This document shows, piece by piece, positions 48,453 through 59,370 of a stretch of DNA of 64,000 bases (the first letter of the stretch is position 1; every line of letters starts with the position of its first letter). The position numbers and the translations under genes are program-made. The notes under the pieces were generated by a model. It searched no databases, was not told where the DNA came from, and saw only the letters and a program-made list of their open reading frames with translations. The stretch comes from Bdellovibrionales bacterium (lineage in GTDB: Bacteria > Bdellovibrionota > Bdellovibrionia > Bdellovibrionales > UBA1609). The stretch is from NCBI GenBank assembly GCA_965219095.1, contig CBDCMT010000001.1, positions 576,001 through 640,000 on the forward strand. The letters are read 5' to 3'.

Positions 48453-48754
48453 TTCAGGATTTCCTTTGAAAAAAAAGCCGCTGCCTCTTTCAATATACCT
48501 ACACTCCGCCTCTCATAGACCAGCTCCTTTTTTAACCTCTTTATTTCCTCCAATGCCGAAGCCAAGTCATGGGAAGCTTGTCTTTCTACTTCAGGCTTTA
48601 GAAAACGCTTCCAAGAGCTTATCACTTGGAAATTTCTCAGTCCTAGCTTCTCTGAGGCTTCCTTTGCACCTATTTCCTCTGCCAATTCAATGGCTTGCTT
48701 TTTAAACTCTTCCGAGTACTGTTTTACTTTTTCCATTCTTTCTTTTACCTCCAT
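48449..48754 (-). CDS. IS3 transposase OrfA
   Basis: YSEEFK..A HTH, ILKEAAAFF. Confidence 0.92.
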   Translation of the reverse strand: MEVKERMEKVKQYSEEFKKQAIELAEEIGAKEASEKLGLRNFQVISSWKRFLKPEVERQASHDLASALEEIKRLKKELVYERRSVGILKEAAAFFSKEILK

Positions 48755-48807
48755 TTTATGGAGACTTTAAGAGAAAATTGACTGTCCGCAGAAACAGGGG
48801 AAGATCA

Positions 48808-49387
48808 TACCTTTAGGGAATTGACCTTTATTTCTAGCTCCACATGAGGGACAATCCTTAACTTCAGAAGTTACAGTATGGGTCTGAATTTCATAAAAAA
48901 TATCAATCTTTTTACGCTTCTCAAGGCTTTTTACCTCTGCTGTCTTTAAAAACATCCCACACTGAGAACACTCTGAGGGAGAGACAGTCTCCTCACTGTT
49001 TGTATCTTTACTGTTATCAAGTCTAGAGCCCTTTTTTTGACTCCCACTAGCTTTCTTATTACGATTCCCTTGACGACTAAAATCTTGCGAAGGAGGAAGA
49101 CCGCTGTTGCTGGAATTTTTTCGAACCTGTTTTTCTAAAAGCACAACAATCAGAATGTTCACAACCTTAAAGAGAGATTCAAAAACCACAGAAATCTCAG
49201 TAGGCACAGAACCTTTCTTTGCAAGCTTATCAAAGTCACTTCTTATATTTTCAATCTCATTTCTGATGGAGGTCTTATTTATTGTCATTTGAAAAAAGTA
49301 TTTAAAAGAAAATCTGTAAGAGCAAGACTTTTATCTTAAAACAGGTCTAAAGTTAGGGATAACTGAACAATGTAGGTGAGCAGTTAC
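48808..49387 (-). mobile_element. Single-ORF IS66-family 5' fragment truncated by IS3
   Basis: Left end GTAACTGCTCACC; KNSSNSGLPPSQD, CSQC/CPSC; near-identical to 60899-61479. Confidence 0.88.
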
Positions 49388-49510
49388 TTGTTATGTACAT
49401 AATCCCCCCCCTATAAATATGAACATACTAAAGACATACTATGTTGTCAAGCAAAAAAATACCAATGAAATCAAATAGTTATAAATTTAATCCTTTCTTG
49501 AGGGCGAACT

Positions 49511-49659
49511 CAGGTGTCAGGGTGTTTCAGGACAGAAGAAATGGCGAAATATTTTTGTCGCATTACCAGCTATGTTAAAACAATGAGAAATAGAAGGTAT
49601 TCTTCTTTAGAAGCGATCTCTATGGCTTTAAATAAAAACTTACGAGAGTGAGCAGTTAC
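49511..49659 (+). mobile_element. Single-ORF IS66-family 3' fragment
   Basis: VSGCFRTEEMAKYFCRITSYVKTMR; end GAGTGAGCAGTTAC. Confidence 0.8.
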
Positions 49660-49792
49660 GTAAATTTCAGGAATAGAGGATGTGCTATTTCGATAAAGCG
49701 AATTTTTTATAAGTATCAGTAAATCATCTATGAAAAGGTATGTCAAGAGAAAACAGATCCCCATTTACAAAAAAAGACATTTTTTTAAGGAT

Positions 49793-50806
49793 TCATACCT
49801 TTAAAGCACTAATAAAAAGTTCAGAACCTAGTCTTTTTTCTACAGACTGACGGCAACGAAACCAGTGAAGAAAACGAAACCTTTTCTCCAACCTGCAATG
49901 GAGTTCCCACTCAGAAGCTCCATAAGGAGGACCACAAAACTCTTTCTTAATAAAAAAAATACCTATAAACAGTCCTCTTTCATCTAAAAGACTTCTATAC
50001 TTTTGAACTAAATCGTCTCTTTTAAGAGGATCAATAGCACAAAACAAATTATGATCAAAAATAACATCAAATTCTTCTTTTAAATCATAGTCAAAAATAT
50101 CTTTTTTCACCCAAGAAATATATTTTGAGTTATGAAGACTTTGAGCTTTTCTAAGAGCTTCTTTGCTGAAATCTAGAGCTGTGACATGATGACCTTGTGT
50201 TGCTAAAAAATGAGCATCGTAACCTTTTCCACAGCCAGACACTAAAATGCGGCTTTTGATCATTTTTAATCTAGGCCAAAATTTTTTTAAAACAGGAGAG
50301 GGTTTTGCTAAATCCCAAGGGACAGACTTGTCTTTTTGATAAATACCGGTCCAAAAAGAAGAACTACTTACTGAAGTTTCTTTAGAAAACCATTTTTTAA
50401 CTTTTATTTTTTTACTCCTAGTAACAAAAATACTTGTATCATCAAAACTGTAAAGCTCATTAAAAAAAAGATTCTGAGCTTTTCTTAAAAAAACAAAAGG
50501 TAAACCTCTTTGACTGAAGCCACAAAACCTATCCCATTCGTCTGTTTTTAACTCCTCTAAACAAAAACTTTCCGAAAAACCTCCCTCTAAAATCAGTTTT
50601 TGATTCTCTATATCAACACGATGGACCATAAGAGGAGCTTCATAGGCTTCTACAAAAGCATAGATGTCGCCATAACTGACTATAAGCCTGTTTAAATCAT
50701 CAAATCTCATCGATTGAAATAACTGGAATATGACTTCCTTATCTTTGACTACAAGGCCTTGAAAATGAAATTGCCCTTGTTCATTGATCTGAATAAAGCG
50801 GTTCAT
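49793..50806 (-). CDS. TPMT-like class I SAM methyltransferase with N-terminal extension
   Basis: W...Y.....PWD....P, LVSGCGKGYD, LDFS, FCAI.P..R, GPPYG. Confidence 0.85.
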   Translation of the reverse strand: MNRFIQINEQGQFHFQGLVVKDKEVIFQLFQSMRFDDLNRLIVSYGDIYAFVEAYEAPLMVHRVDIENQKLILEGGFSESFCLEELKTDEWDRFCGFSQRGLPFVFLRKAQNLFFNELYSFDDTSIFVTRSKKIKVKKWFSKETSVSSSSFWTGIYQKDKSVPWDLAKPSPVLKKFWPRLKMIKSRILVSGCGKGYDAHFLATQGHHVTALDFSKEALRKAQSLHNSKYISWVKKDIFDYDLKEEFDVIFDHNLFCAIDPLKRDDLVQKYRSLLDERGLFIGIFFIKKEFCGPPYGASEWELHCRLEKRFRFLHWFRCRQSVEKRLGSELFISALKV

Positions 50807-51225
50807 GGTTCAGAGGAAATTTCAGGTGATTCCAGCTTAATACGAAGAGCATCTTTCAAAGTGATGGATTGTTCTAAAATGTGAAATTGATTGAGAATCC
50901 AGATCTGTTCATTGCTTGTAAGCTCTTTTCTAAGAAGTGCAAAACCTTTAAGATATTTTTTTCCTTGGCTTTTCTGACCTTCGAAAGAGTACTCAAAATC
51001 CACTTTAATGGTTTTCTCTGAAAGAGCCTTGGTCCAAACTTTATCAATTTTAAGATTTTTACTGCGAGAGCTTTTTGAATTTAAAATGTACTTTTTTATT
51101 TTTTGTCGAAATTGATTTTGAATCTGTTCATGCACTTGGGTGTCTATAGGAGCTTTTTTTCGAACCCAGTAAAAACTAGCCATCAAGGCAAGAACAATAG
51201 GAAGCACTGTTAAAACTTTTCTCAT
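50803..51225 (-). CDS. Hypothetical membrane-anchored protein
   Basis: N-terminal TM helix; overlaps the next gene start. Confidence 0.65.
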   Translation of the reverse strand: MRKVLTVLPIVLALMASFYWVRKKAPIDTQVHEQIQNQFRQKIKKYILNSKSSRSKNLKIDKVWTKALSEKTIKVDFEYSFEGQKSQGKKYLKGFALLRKELTSNEQIWILNQFHILEQSITLKDALRIKLESPEISSEP

Positions 51226-51329
51226 AATTTTATTTTAAGCTTAACAAAAGTCTTTAAGTACATTTTAAGCTATGCGTTATTCCCTTAGAAATCTTTTCTT
51301 TTAAGTCTTTCAAAGGTCATACTAAAAAT

Positions 51330-52910
51330 ATGGCTCAGCTTTCTAGTTCTGTTGATAAAGCATCTTCTCGTTTTCAAAACAATAAAAACCATTATTTAAA
51401 ACTTCTAGAAGAGCTTGAGGAGAAAAAAAAACAAGTTCAACAAATCTCCTCTGAGAGCCTTCAAAAGCATACAAAAAGAGGAAAACTCACAGCTCGGAAA
51501 AGAATAGAACTTCTCATTGACAAGAAAAGTCACTTTTTAGAGTTCTCACAACTTGCGGCTTTGGGAATGTATGGTGGAGGGGTCTGTTCAGCAGGTCTTA
51601 TCACTGGTGTAGGAGTTATTCACCAAAAAGAGTGTGTGATCGTAGCTAATGATGCCACGGTCAAAGGAGGGACTTACTTTCCTATCACAGTAAAAAAACA
51701 TTTAAGAGCTCAAGAGATTGCCTTAGAAAATGGACTCCCTTGCGTGTATTTAGTAGATAGCGGAGGGGCTTATTTACCCCTCCAGGCTGATGTTTTTCCT
51801 GATAAAGAGCATTTTGGACGTATTTTTTATAATCAAGCCCGCATGTCGGCTGAAGGTTTAGCACAAATATCAGCAGTGATGGGAAGTTGTACAGCTGGGG
51901 GGGCTTATGTGCCTGCTATGAGTGATGAAAACGTGATTGTAGAGGGCGTGGGAACCATTTTTTTAGGAGGGCCTCCCCTTGTGAAAGCAGCCACAGGAGA
52001 AGAGGTTACAGCAGAACAATTAGGAGGTGGAAAAGTCCATAGTGAAAAAAGTGGAGTCACGGACCATCTTGCCTCCTCTGACAAAGAAGCTTTAGAAAAA
52101 ATAAGAGATATATTTCAGTACTTAAAACCCACAGAAAAACAAAAACTCAATTGTATTCGTACAGCCTCTCCTCTTTATGACATAGAAGACATTTACGGCA
52201 TCATTCCCTACGAAAGAAAAATACCTTTTGAAATCAAAGAGATCATTTCTCGTTTAGTTGATGCCAGTGAATTTTATGAATTTAAAAAAAACTATGGAAG
52301 TACTCTTGTTACAGGTTGGGCTCATTTATGGGGTATTCCTGTGGGAATCGTAGCTAATAATGGTATTTTGTTTAGTGAAAGTGCTTTAAAGGGTACTCAC
52401 TTTATAGAACTTTGTGATCAAAGAAAAACTCCCCTTATTTTTCTTCAAAACATCACAGGTTTTATGGTAGGAAGAGAGTATGAAACAAAAGGTATTGCTA
52501 AAGAGGGTGCTAAGATGGTAATGGCTGTCAGCAATACACAGGTTCCTAAATTCACAGTGATTGTAGGAGGATCTTATGGAGCTGGTAATTACGGTATGTG
52601 CGGAAGAGCTTATCAACCGCGACAACTTTGGATGTGGCCTAATGCACATATCTCTGTTATGGGAGGAGAACAAGCAAGCCAAGTTTTAATTCAAGTCAAC
52701 AAAAATAAAACCAAAAAAGAGCTTTGTTCTTTAAAGGAAAAAATATTGGAAAAGTATGAAAAAGAAGGATCTTGCTACTACTCAACAGCTCGTTTGTGGG
52801 ATGACGGAGTCATTGATCCTAAAGATACGCGCCGTGTGTTGGCTTTAGGTCTTAAAATGAGCTTGAATAAAAAATTTGGACGCCCTGTTAAAGGTGTTTT
52901 TAGGATGTAA
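51330..52910 (+). CDS. liuB: Methylcrotonyl-CoA carboxylase beta subunit
   Basis: [46 protein letters not shown]. Confidence 0.93.
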   Translation: MAQLSSSVDKASSRFQNNKNHYLKLLEELEEKKKQVQQISSESLQKHTKRGKLTARKRIELLIDKKSHFLEFSQLAALGMYGGGVCSAGLITGVGVIHQKECVIVANDATVKGGTYFPITVKKHLRAQEIALENGLPCVYLVDSGGAYLPLQADVFPDKEHFGRIFYNQARMSAEGLAQISAVMGSCTAGGAYVPAMSDENVIVEGVGTIFLGGPPLVKAATGEEVTAEQLGGGKVHSEKSGVTDHLASSDKEALEKIRDIFQYLKPTEKQKLNCIRTASPLYDIEDIYGIIPYERKIPFEIKEIISRLVDASEFYEFKKNYGSTLVTGWAHLWGIPVGIVANNGILFSESALKGTHFIELCDQRKTPLIFLQNITGFMVGREYETKGIAKEGAKMVMAVSNTQVPKFTVIVGGSYGAGNYGMCGRAYQPRQLWMWPNAHISVMGGEQASQVLIQVNKNKTKKELCSLKEKILEKYEKEGSCYYSTARLWDDGVIDPKDTRRVLALGLKMSLNKKFGRPVKGVFRM

Positions 52911-52911
52911 C

Positions 52912-53664
52912 ATGAAATATGTATCATTTGAAATTAAAGAAAAAGTTTTTTATTTAGAGCTATCTCGCCCAGAAAAAAGAAATGCTTTTCACCCAGAGTT
53001 CATATCAGAGTTAACAGAAGTATTTGAAACAAAAATTTCAAAAGATATAGTCTGTGTTGTTTTAAGTGCAAAGGGAAAAAGTTTTTGTGCAGGAGCTGAC
53101 TTAGATTACATGAAATCTATGGTGGACTTTTCTTTTGAAGAGAACATAAAAGACGCAAGCAACCTATTTCATATGTTTGAAGCTATCTATAAGTGTCCTG
53201 CCCCCACTGTTGTTAAAGTTTACGGTCATGTTATGGGTGGAGGATTAGGAGTGGTTTCGGCTTGTGATATAGTAGCCTGTGAAAACTCTACAATTCTAAG
53301 TTTTTCTGAAGTTCATTTAGGACTTGTCGCTTCAGTGATCTGTCCTTTTGTTTTGAGGAAATTAAAAAGCTCCCATGTCAGAAAATGGATGCTGACAGGA
53401 AAGAGATTTTCAGCAAAAGAAGCTCTTGATTCTCAACTAGTTCATTTTGTAGGATCTAGTGAAAAAGTAGGTGAGTATGTAAAAAATGAGATAAGAAACT
53501 TCAAAAAACTTTCCAGAGAAGCTATAAGAGAAACCAAAAAACTTATCTTAGATTTTGAAAGCCTTACACCTAACTTAAAAAAAAGATGTGTAGAATTAAT
53601 AGCCCAACGTCGCAAAAGTGATGAAGCTCAAAAATTGATGGAGGCTTTTTTGAAGAGAACATGA
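52912..53664 (+). CDS. liuC: Methylglutaconyl-CoA hydratase (enoyl-CoA hydratase family)
   Basis: RPEKRNAF, FCAGADL, GGG.G....CD, SEV.LGL; operon context. Confidence 0.85.
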   Translation: MKYVSFEIKEKVFYLELSRPEKRNAFHPEFISELTEVFETKISKDIVCVVLSAKGKSFCAGADLDYMKSMVDFSFEENIKDASNLFHMFEAIYKCPAPTVVKVYGHVMGGGLGVVSACDIVACENSTILSFSEVHLGLVASVICPFVLRKLKSSHVRKWMLTGKRFSAKEALDSQLVHFVGSSEKVGEYVKNEIRNFKKLSREAIRETKKLILDFESLTPNLKKRCVELIAQRRKSDEAQKLMEAFLKRT

Positions 53665-55145
53665 GCATTCAAAAAGTAGCTGTATGTAATCGTTCAGAAG
53701 TAGCAGTTCGCATCATTAGAGCTTGCCAAGAGTTGGATTTAAAAACAGTTCTTCTACATTCAGAAGCTGATGTAAACACTTTAGCTTACCGTTTAGCTGA
53801 TGAAACCATTTGTATCGGAGAGGCTTCTTCTCAAAAAAGTTACTTGGATATAGACAAAAACATCAAAGGGGCTTTAAGTGTGGGAGCTGATGCTGTTCAC
53901 CCTGGTTTTGGCTTTTTATCTGAAAAAGCTGAATTTGCTCAAGCCTGTGAAAATAACAAACTGATTTTTATAGGCCCTTCAGTAAAAGTCTTAGAAACTT
54001 TTAGTGATAAAACAAAAGCAAAAAAAATGGCTCGTAGAATAAAGTGTCCTGTTTTAGAGGGTTATGACAAAGAGGATCAAAGTATAAAGACACTTCTTTT
54101 TGAATGTGATCGCATAGGCTACCCTCTTATGGTGAAAGCTCATTTAGGAGGAGGAGGAAGAGGTTTAAGAGTCGTTCACAGTAGAGAAGAGGCAAAAAAA
54201 GCTATTCCATCAGCTCAAAGAGAAGCTCAATTAAGTTTCTCTGATTCAAAAGTTTTTTTAGAAAAATACTTACAAAAAGCCAAACACATAGAGGTTCAGA
54301 TCTTTGGAGATCCTGGAGGTTTCATATATGCTTTAGGGTTAAGAGACTGTTCGATTCAAAGACACCACCAAAAAGTTATTGAAGAGGCTGGGGATTTACC
54401 TTTGTCCTTTTCTTTACAAAAAGCTTTATGTAAAGAAGCTTTACGTTTAGGAAAAAAAGTCTTTTATAAAGGAGCGGGAACGGTTGAGTTTTTAGTACAG
54501 GATGAGAAGTTTTATTTTCTTGAAGTAAATACAAGATTACAAGTAGAACATCCTGTTACAGAAATGGTATGGGGAGTAGATTTACTCAAAGCCCAACTTC
54601 TCACAGCTAAGAAAAGCTCTCTTTTATGGTCACAAAACTATTACAATCCCTACCCAAGAGGTCATTCTATAGAATGTCGCATTTATGCCGAAGACCCTTA
54701 TGAAAAAAATCGTCCTTGTGTGGGAGATTTTTTGGATATGCACTGGCCTTATGGCCCTCATAGAAGGTTTGATATAGGTTATGAAACAGGAGACTCTATG
54801 ACCTCTTACTATGATTCTCTGATCGCTAAAGTGATTGTCTGGGATGAAACCCGCCAAAGAGCCCTTCAAAAAATGAAGAAAACCTTAGAAGAGGTTGTCA
54901 TTTTCGGTGTTAAAACCAACATCCCTCTGCTTTTAAAAATCCTCTCTCATGAAAAGTTTGTAAACTCTGAAACCTTGAATATAAATTTTTTTGAAGAAAA
55001 CTTTAAAGAAGGCCTAAATGAAAAGCTCAATCCTTCCTATAGTTTAAGACAAGAGGTTTCAGAAAAGATCATAAACTTTGAAAGCTCTCACCAAGAACAA
55101 AAAAAATTATCTAACCCTTTATCTAATCCATGGTTTGAAAGTTAA
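53661..55145 (+). CDS. liuD: Methylcrotonyl-CoA carboxylase biotin carboxylase subunit
   Basis: NRSE.A.R, HPGFGFLSE, GGGGRG, DCSIQR.HQK, EVNTRLQVEHPVTE. Confidence 0.88.
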   Translation: MSIQKVAVCNRSEVAVRIIRACQELDLKTVLLHSEADVNTLAYRLADETICIGEASSQKSYLDIDKNIKGALSVGADAVHPGFGFLSEKAEFAQACENNKLIFIGPSVKVLETFSDKTKAKKMARRIKCPVLEGYDKEDQSIKTLLFECDRIGYPLMVKAHLGGGGRGLRVVHSREEAKKAIPSAQREAQLSFSDSKVFLEKYLQKAKHIEVQIFGDPGGFIYALGLRDCSIQRHHQKVIEEAGDLPLSFSLQKALCKEALRLGKKVFYKGAGTVEFLVQDEKFYFLEVNTRLQVEHPVTEMVWGVDLLKAQLLTAKKSSLLWSQNYYNPYPRGHSIECRIYAEDPYEKNRPCVGDFLDMHWPYGPHRRFDIGYETGDSMTSYYDSLIAKVIVWDETRQRALQKMKKTLEEVVIFGVKTNIPLLLKILSHEKFVNSETLNINFFEENFKEGLNEKLNPSYSLRQEVSEKIINFESSHQEQKKLSNPLSNPWFES

Positions 55146-55148
55146 AAG

Positions 55149-55520
55149 ATGAAAAAATTTGTATTCCATGATGAAGTTACTCAAAAGCCTGTACCTGTAT
55201 TTTATCGTAAAACTTATGATGGTGTTTGGATTCATTTTCAAGGAGAGGTAAGTTTTCACCCTCTCCCTGTCCTGAAAGAAAAATTTCAAGAAAGTGACCT
55301 TAAAGCCTCCGGTGATGTAAAAAGTTTTTTACCTGGTAAAATTCTAGATGTAAGAGTAAAAGAAGGAGATAAGGTTAAAAAAGGAGAGGTTTTGTTAGTT
55401 CTAGAAGCCATGAAAATGGAGTATGAGATCATTTCACCTCGACAAGGTTATGTGGAAAAGCTTTTTTGCACAAAAGAAGAACAGGTCCAACAGAACACTT
55501 TACTTGCTAGGATTATTTAA
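55149..55520 (+). CDS. Biotin carboxyl carrier protein
   Basis: EAMKM biotinylation motif. Confidence 0.9.
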   Translation: MKKFVFHDEVTQKPVPVFYRKTYDGVWIHFQGEVSFHPLPVLKEKFQESDLKASGDVKSFLPGKILDVRVKEGDKVKKGEVLLVLEAMKMEYEIISPRQGYVEKLFCTKEEQVQQNTLLARII

Positions 55521-55525
55521 ATTGT

Positions 55526-56410
55526 ATGAGTGAGTTTGTAAAAGTTGTGGAAGTAGGTCCGAGAGATGGCCTTCAAAACGAAAAAACTATTTTTAACATA
55601 GATGAAAAGATTACCCTTATAAGAAAGCTCCAAGATTCAGGGCTTTCTTTTATTGAACTTGGTGCTTTCGTCTCATCAAAGTGGGTACCTCAAATGGCTG
55701 ATACAGATAAAGTTTGTAAAGAAATTTTACAAAACACTGACAAAAAAACTTTAAAAAAAATCTCTTATTCCTGTCTTGTTCCCAATGAAGAAGGGTTTGA
55801 AAGAGCTCTAAAGTCAGGTTTAAAGGAGGTTGCTATTTTTGGTTCCTGTACAGAGACTTTCTCTTACAAAAACATCAACTGTAGTGTCAAAGAAAGTTTT
55901 AAGAGGTTTGAAATCGTCTCTCAAAGAGCTTTGAAAGAAAACATAAAAGTAAGAGCTTATTTAAGTGTAGCTTTTGGCTGTCCTTATGAAAAAGAAGTGA
56001 GTTTAAAAAAAGTGCTTCAGTTCACTGAAAAAATGTTTCAAATAGGAGCCTATGAAGTATCCTTAGGAGATACCATTGCTGTGGCTCAACCCAAAAAAAT
56101 AAGACAGCTTATAAAACAAATACCTTTTCCTTTAGAAAAAATAGCTCTTCATTTCCATGATACAAACAATCTAGCTCTTTCTAATGTGATTTGCGGTTTA
56201 GAAGAAGGAGTGAGAGTGTTTGATTCTAGCATAGGAGGCTTAGGGGGTTGCCCTTACGCCAAAAGCACTTCAGGCAACCTAGCTACAGAAAAGTTAGTTT
56301 CTTTACTTCATAGCAAAGATCTTAAAACAGGTGTTAATTTAGAAAATCTTTTAAAAATTGCAGACTGGCTTAAAAAAGTAAAAATTACAAAACACAAAAT
56401 CATAAAATAA
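55526..56410 (+). CDS. liuE: Hydroxymethylglutaryl-CoA lyase
   Basis: EVGPRDGLQNE, HFHDT, GLGGCPYA, GNLATE. Confidence 0.94.
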   Translation: MSEFVKVVEVGPRDGLQNEKTIFNIDEKITLIRKLQDSGLSFIELGAFVSSKWVPQMADTDKVCKEILQNTDKKTLKKISYSCLVPNEEGFERALKSGLKEVAIFGSCTETFSYKNINCSVKESFKRFEIVSQRALKENIKVRAYLSVAFGCPYEKEVSLKKVLQFTEKMFQIGAYEVSLGDTIAVAQPKKIRQLIKQIPFPLEKIALHFHDTNNLALSNVICGLEEGVRVFDSSIGGLGGCPYAKSTSGNLATEKLVSLLHSKDLKTGVNLENLLKIADWLKKVKITKHKIIK

Positions 56411-56639
56411 TCATTATAATCATTTTTTTTAAATTTTTAGGACAGCAAACCTTAGTTTTTCGCATAAGCCCTCTCATCTAATCTAAAGACACGGACACGA
56501 AAACTCTAAAAACAATCATTACTGACTAGCTTTTTTAAATTTGTAAAAAATTTTAAATTTTGTGTTTACCTCCCTAGTTCTTTATGCTAGCTTATATGTG
56601 AGAATTAAGTCAAAGTAAAATAAAACAAAGGAGTGATTT

Positions 56640-57737
56640 ATCAAAAAACAAAACTATAAAAAATATAAAAAAGCAGAGTATATATGGATTGACGGGGTTC
56701 ACCCTACACAAGAGCTTCGTTCAAAAACAAAGATTTTACCCTACGAAGCTTCAAAACAGCTTTATAACTTAGAGGACTTTCCTGAGTGGAGTTTTGACGG
56801 CTCTTCTACAGGACAGGCGACTACAGAGAATTCCGATTGTATCATAAAACCTGTATATTTTTGCCTAGATCCCTTTCGTAGTGTAGAAGAAGAATGCCAT
56901 TACCTTGTTTTGTGTGAAGTATTGGCAAAAGATAGCATACCTCATGTGTCTAACGCACGGTTTCAGTTAAGACAAATCTATGAAAAAACCAAGGACTATA
57001 AGCCTTGGGTAGGCTTTGAACAAGAGTACACTCTATTTTCTGATAACAGACCTTTCCAGTGGCCTAAGGATAAAAACCCTAGACCTCAAGGTCCTTTTTA
57101 CTGTGGCGTAGGAAGCCTCCAAGTTTATGGCCGTTTTCTTGTGGAAGCTCATAGGGAGCTTTGTGAAAAAGCAGGGCTTTTTCTATATGGTGTGAATGCT
57201 GAAGTAATGCCTTCTCAATGGGAGTTTCAAATAGGTTATAGGGGTATTGAAGAAGAGCTTGTAAACCCTTTAAATATATCCGATCAATTATGGATCGCTC
57301 GCTATTTACTGCACCGCTTGTCTGAAGAATTTCATATTCATGTATCCTTAGATAACAAACCTATGAAAGGTGATTGGAATGGAGCAGGCCTTCATACAAA
57401 TTTTTCTACAAAAGATATTCGTAATCCTAAAACTTGTGATATGTTCTTGAAAAAAACTTTAGAAGCTCTCGAAAAAAACCACATAAAGCATATTGCTCAA
57501 TATGGATACAATCTAAAAGACCGCCTTACAGGCCACCATGAAACTTGTAGTATCAATGAGTTTAAATCAGGTACTGCCCATAGAGGAGCCTCCATTCGCT
57601 TACAAATAAAAAAAGAAGGAGGAAGTTATTTTGAAGATAGACGTCCTGGTGCTAATGCTGATCCTTACAAAGTATCTAAGTGTTTACTTGAAACAGTATG
57701 CCTTTTTTTTGAGAAAAGAGTGAGCTTATCTCCTTGA
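56640..57737 (+). CDS. glnII: Glutamine synthetase type II (apparent ATC start)
   Basis: Frame open from 56640: AEYIWIDG, LRSKTK, WSFDGSST.QA, GFEQEY, NAEVMPSQWEFQ, DWNGAG.H, EDRRP..NADPY. Confidence 0.88.
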   Translation: MKKQNYKKYKKAEYIWIDGVHPTQELRSKTKILPYEASKQLYNLEDFPEWSFDGSSTGQATTENSDCIIKPVYFCLDPFRSVEEECHYLVLCEVLAKDSIPHVSNARFQLRQIYEKTKDYKPWVGFEQEYTLFSDNRPFQWPKDKNPRPQGPFYCGVGSLQVYGRFLVEAHRELCEKAGLFLYGVNAEVMPSQWEFQIGYRGIEEELVNPLNISDQLWIARYLLHRLSEEFHIHVSLDNKPMKGDWNGAGLHTNFSTKDIRNPKTCDMFLKKTLEALEKNHIKHIAQYGYNLKDRLTGHHETCSINEFKSGTAHRGASIRLQIKKEGGSYFEDRRPGANADPYKVSKCLLETVCLFFEKRVSLSP

Positions 57738-58101
57738 GGATAAAAGCCAAACGTTGTAAGACATTGTAACTTAAATTTTTGAATCGCTCTATATGCACAG
57801 TTTTTTCGTAAATCGGTTTAACTATTTTTTTAATGCGTTTTATTTCGACTTTGACAGCAGTACGTGTATTAAAGTGTTTAAAATAATATTTTTTTAAAGG
57901 GGGGGATGTCCGTAATTATGTATGCGAAAGGTGAATGACCTTTCGAGATGGTAAAGTTTCTCAGAGACCAAGTAACTGAATTTAGCAAAAAATTTGAAGC
58001 TATAGAAAGACCAGAAATGCTTAAGGAATTTTAGAAAACGAAAGGTTCCTAAAAGAGGTTTTTAGTAATTTTTTAAAAGAAAGAAAAAGTACTCCCATTC
58101 C

Positions 58102-58187
58102 AGTATATTATCTTCAGTTACACAATTTAGTTTACGGACTCTTTTTCACGGACAACTAAACTAAGGGCGGTTTAAAAACCGAATTAC
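58102..58187. mobile_element. Adjacent orphan IS256-like and IS66 ends
   Basis: Minus-strand GAGTCCGTAAACTAAATTGTGTAACTG (from 58141) and GGGCGGTTTAAAAACCGAATTAC (58165-58187). Confidence 0.6.
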
Positions 58188-58394
58188 TTTATAACTAAAA
58201 CTTTTTAAGAAAATAAATCATAAATTTTGAAATGTAGTACATATGATTTTTTAGATCTATAAGTCTGTCATCTAAAGTCTAGTTTTTCATAAGAAGGCAG
58301 ATAAAAGTCGATAAGAATCTGAAAGACCTTAAACTCCTTTTTTTACATATTAGAAATCATTTGATAAAATGAAATAAAGAAAGGAATTGTTATT

Positions 58395-59303
58395 ATGAAA
58401 AAGCATGGATGCTTTTTATATTTTTTTCTTATTTCATGGTCAGCTTTCTCTTATGTAGAAACAAAAGTTATTTATGATGAGGACGACCGAGGAGAGTTTT
58501 TTGAAATCTTTGATGAAACTCAACTTATCAACGCTCTCAGTTCAGTCGCTTTAGTATCAACAAACCGTTTAACTTTACAAGAAAATTTTTACTCCTTTCC
58601 TCGAAATCAACATGGTAAAAAAAATAACATTTGTAGTTCAGAGAGATTTCTAGATCAAACCAGTTTGTCTTTTTGCTCAGGAGCTTTAGTAACAAACCAA
58701 CATATCTTAACAGCAGGCCATTGTGTGGAGGAGCCTGAATGTGCAAATATATCTTTTGTTTTTCGCTATCGTTTATCAGAAGAAAATTTACAAACCACCC
58801 TCTTTCCACTAAATAATGTTTATTCATGCGAAAAAGTAGAGTATATAAGAACAATGGATTTTGATATAGCTCTTTTAAAAATGGATCGTCCTGTAGATAA
58901 AAACTTAGCCTTTCCTTTAAAACATCAAAGTCCTCAAGAACCTCTTTCAGAGAATGATAGAATTTATATGATAGGGCATCCTGATGGGCTTCCACAAAAA
59001 ATTGCAGACGGTGCAGTTGTAAGGAGTGTGAACCATTTTCATGCTTTAACTAATTTAGATGCTTATAGAGGAAATTCTGGCTCTCCTGTATTTAACGATG
59101 CGACCGACTTAATTGAAGGAGTTTTAATTTTTGGTGAAAAAGACTATGTGAAAGCTCCTGGAAAGTCTTGCTACCTTTCAAAAGTCTGCAAAAACGAAGA
59201 GTGCTTAGGTGAAGCTGTAGCATTCATCCCTCAAGATTTATCCGACTTGATTCACAACATTAACAATTCATCAAAAGTTTCATTTTTCCATTCCCAGAAT
59301 TAA
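58395..59303 (+). CDS. Secreted trypsin-like (S1) serine protease
   Basis: Signal peptide; CSGALV, TAGHC, DIALL, GHP.GLP.K, GNSGSPV. Confidence 0.92.
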   Translation: MKKHGCFLYFFLISWSAFSYVETKVIYDEDDRGEFFEIFDETQLINALSSVALVSTNRLTLQENFYSFPRNQHGKKNNICSSERFLDQTSLSFCSGALVTNQHILTAGHCVEEPECANISFVFRYRLSEENLQTTLFPLNNVYSCEKVEYIRTMDFDIALLKMDRPVDKNLAFPLKHQSPQEPLSENDRIYMIGHPDGLPQKIADGAVVRSVNHFHALTNLDAYRGNSGSPVFNDATDLIEGVLIFGEKDYVKAPGKSCYLSKVCKNEECLGEAVAFIPQDLSDLIHNINNSSKVSFFHSQN

Positions 59304-59370
59304 CTTGCTATTGATGCGACTGCCAAGTCATTTCATAGTCCTTCAAAGGGGAATTTATGAAAAAAAATTG

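Larger units (their letters stand above)
47536..48807 (-). mobile_element. Complete IS3-family element (no TSD)
   Basis: TG...CA ends with IRs; 1272 bp = the 62002-63252 copy plus a 21-bp duplication. Confidence 0.93.

Noticed and set aside
56430..56540. Slightly GC-richer intergenic patch between liuE and glnII (possible ncRNA or IS end)
   Set aside because: No convincing fold or repeat match
58537..58995. 152-aa minus-strand ORF, and similar short antisense ORFs inside der, nadE, copA, liuB, liuD and IS3
   Set aside because: Fully overlap well-supported genes on the opposite strand
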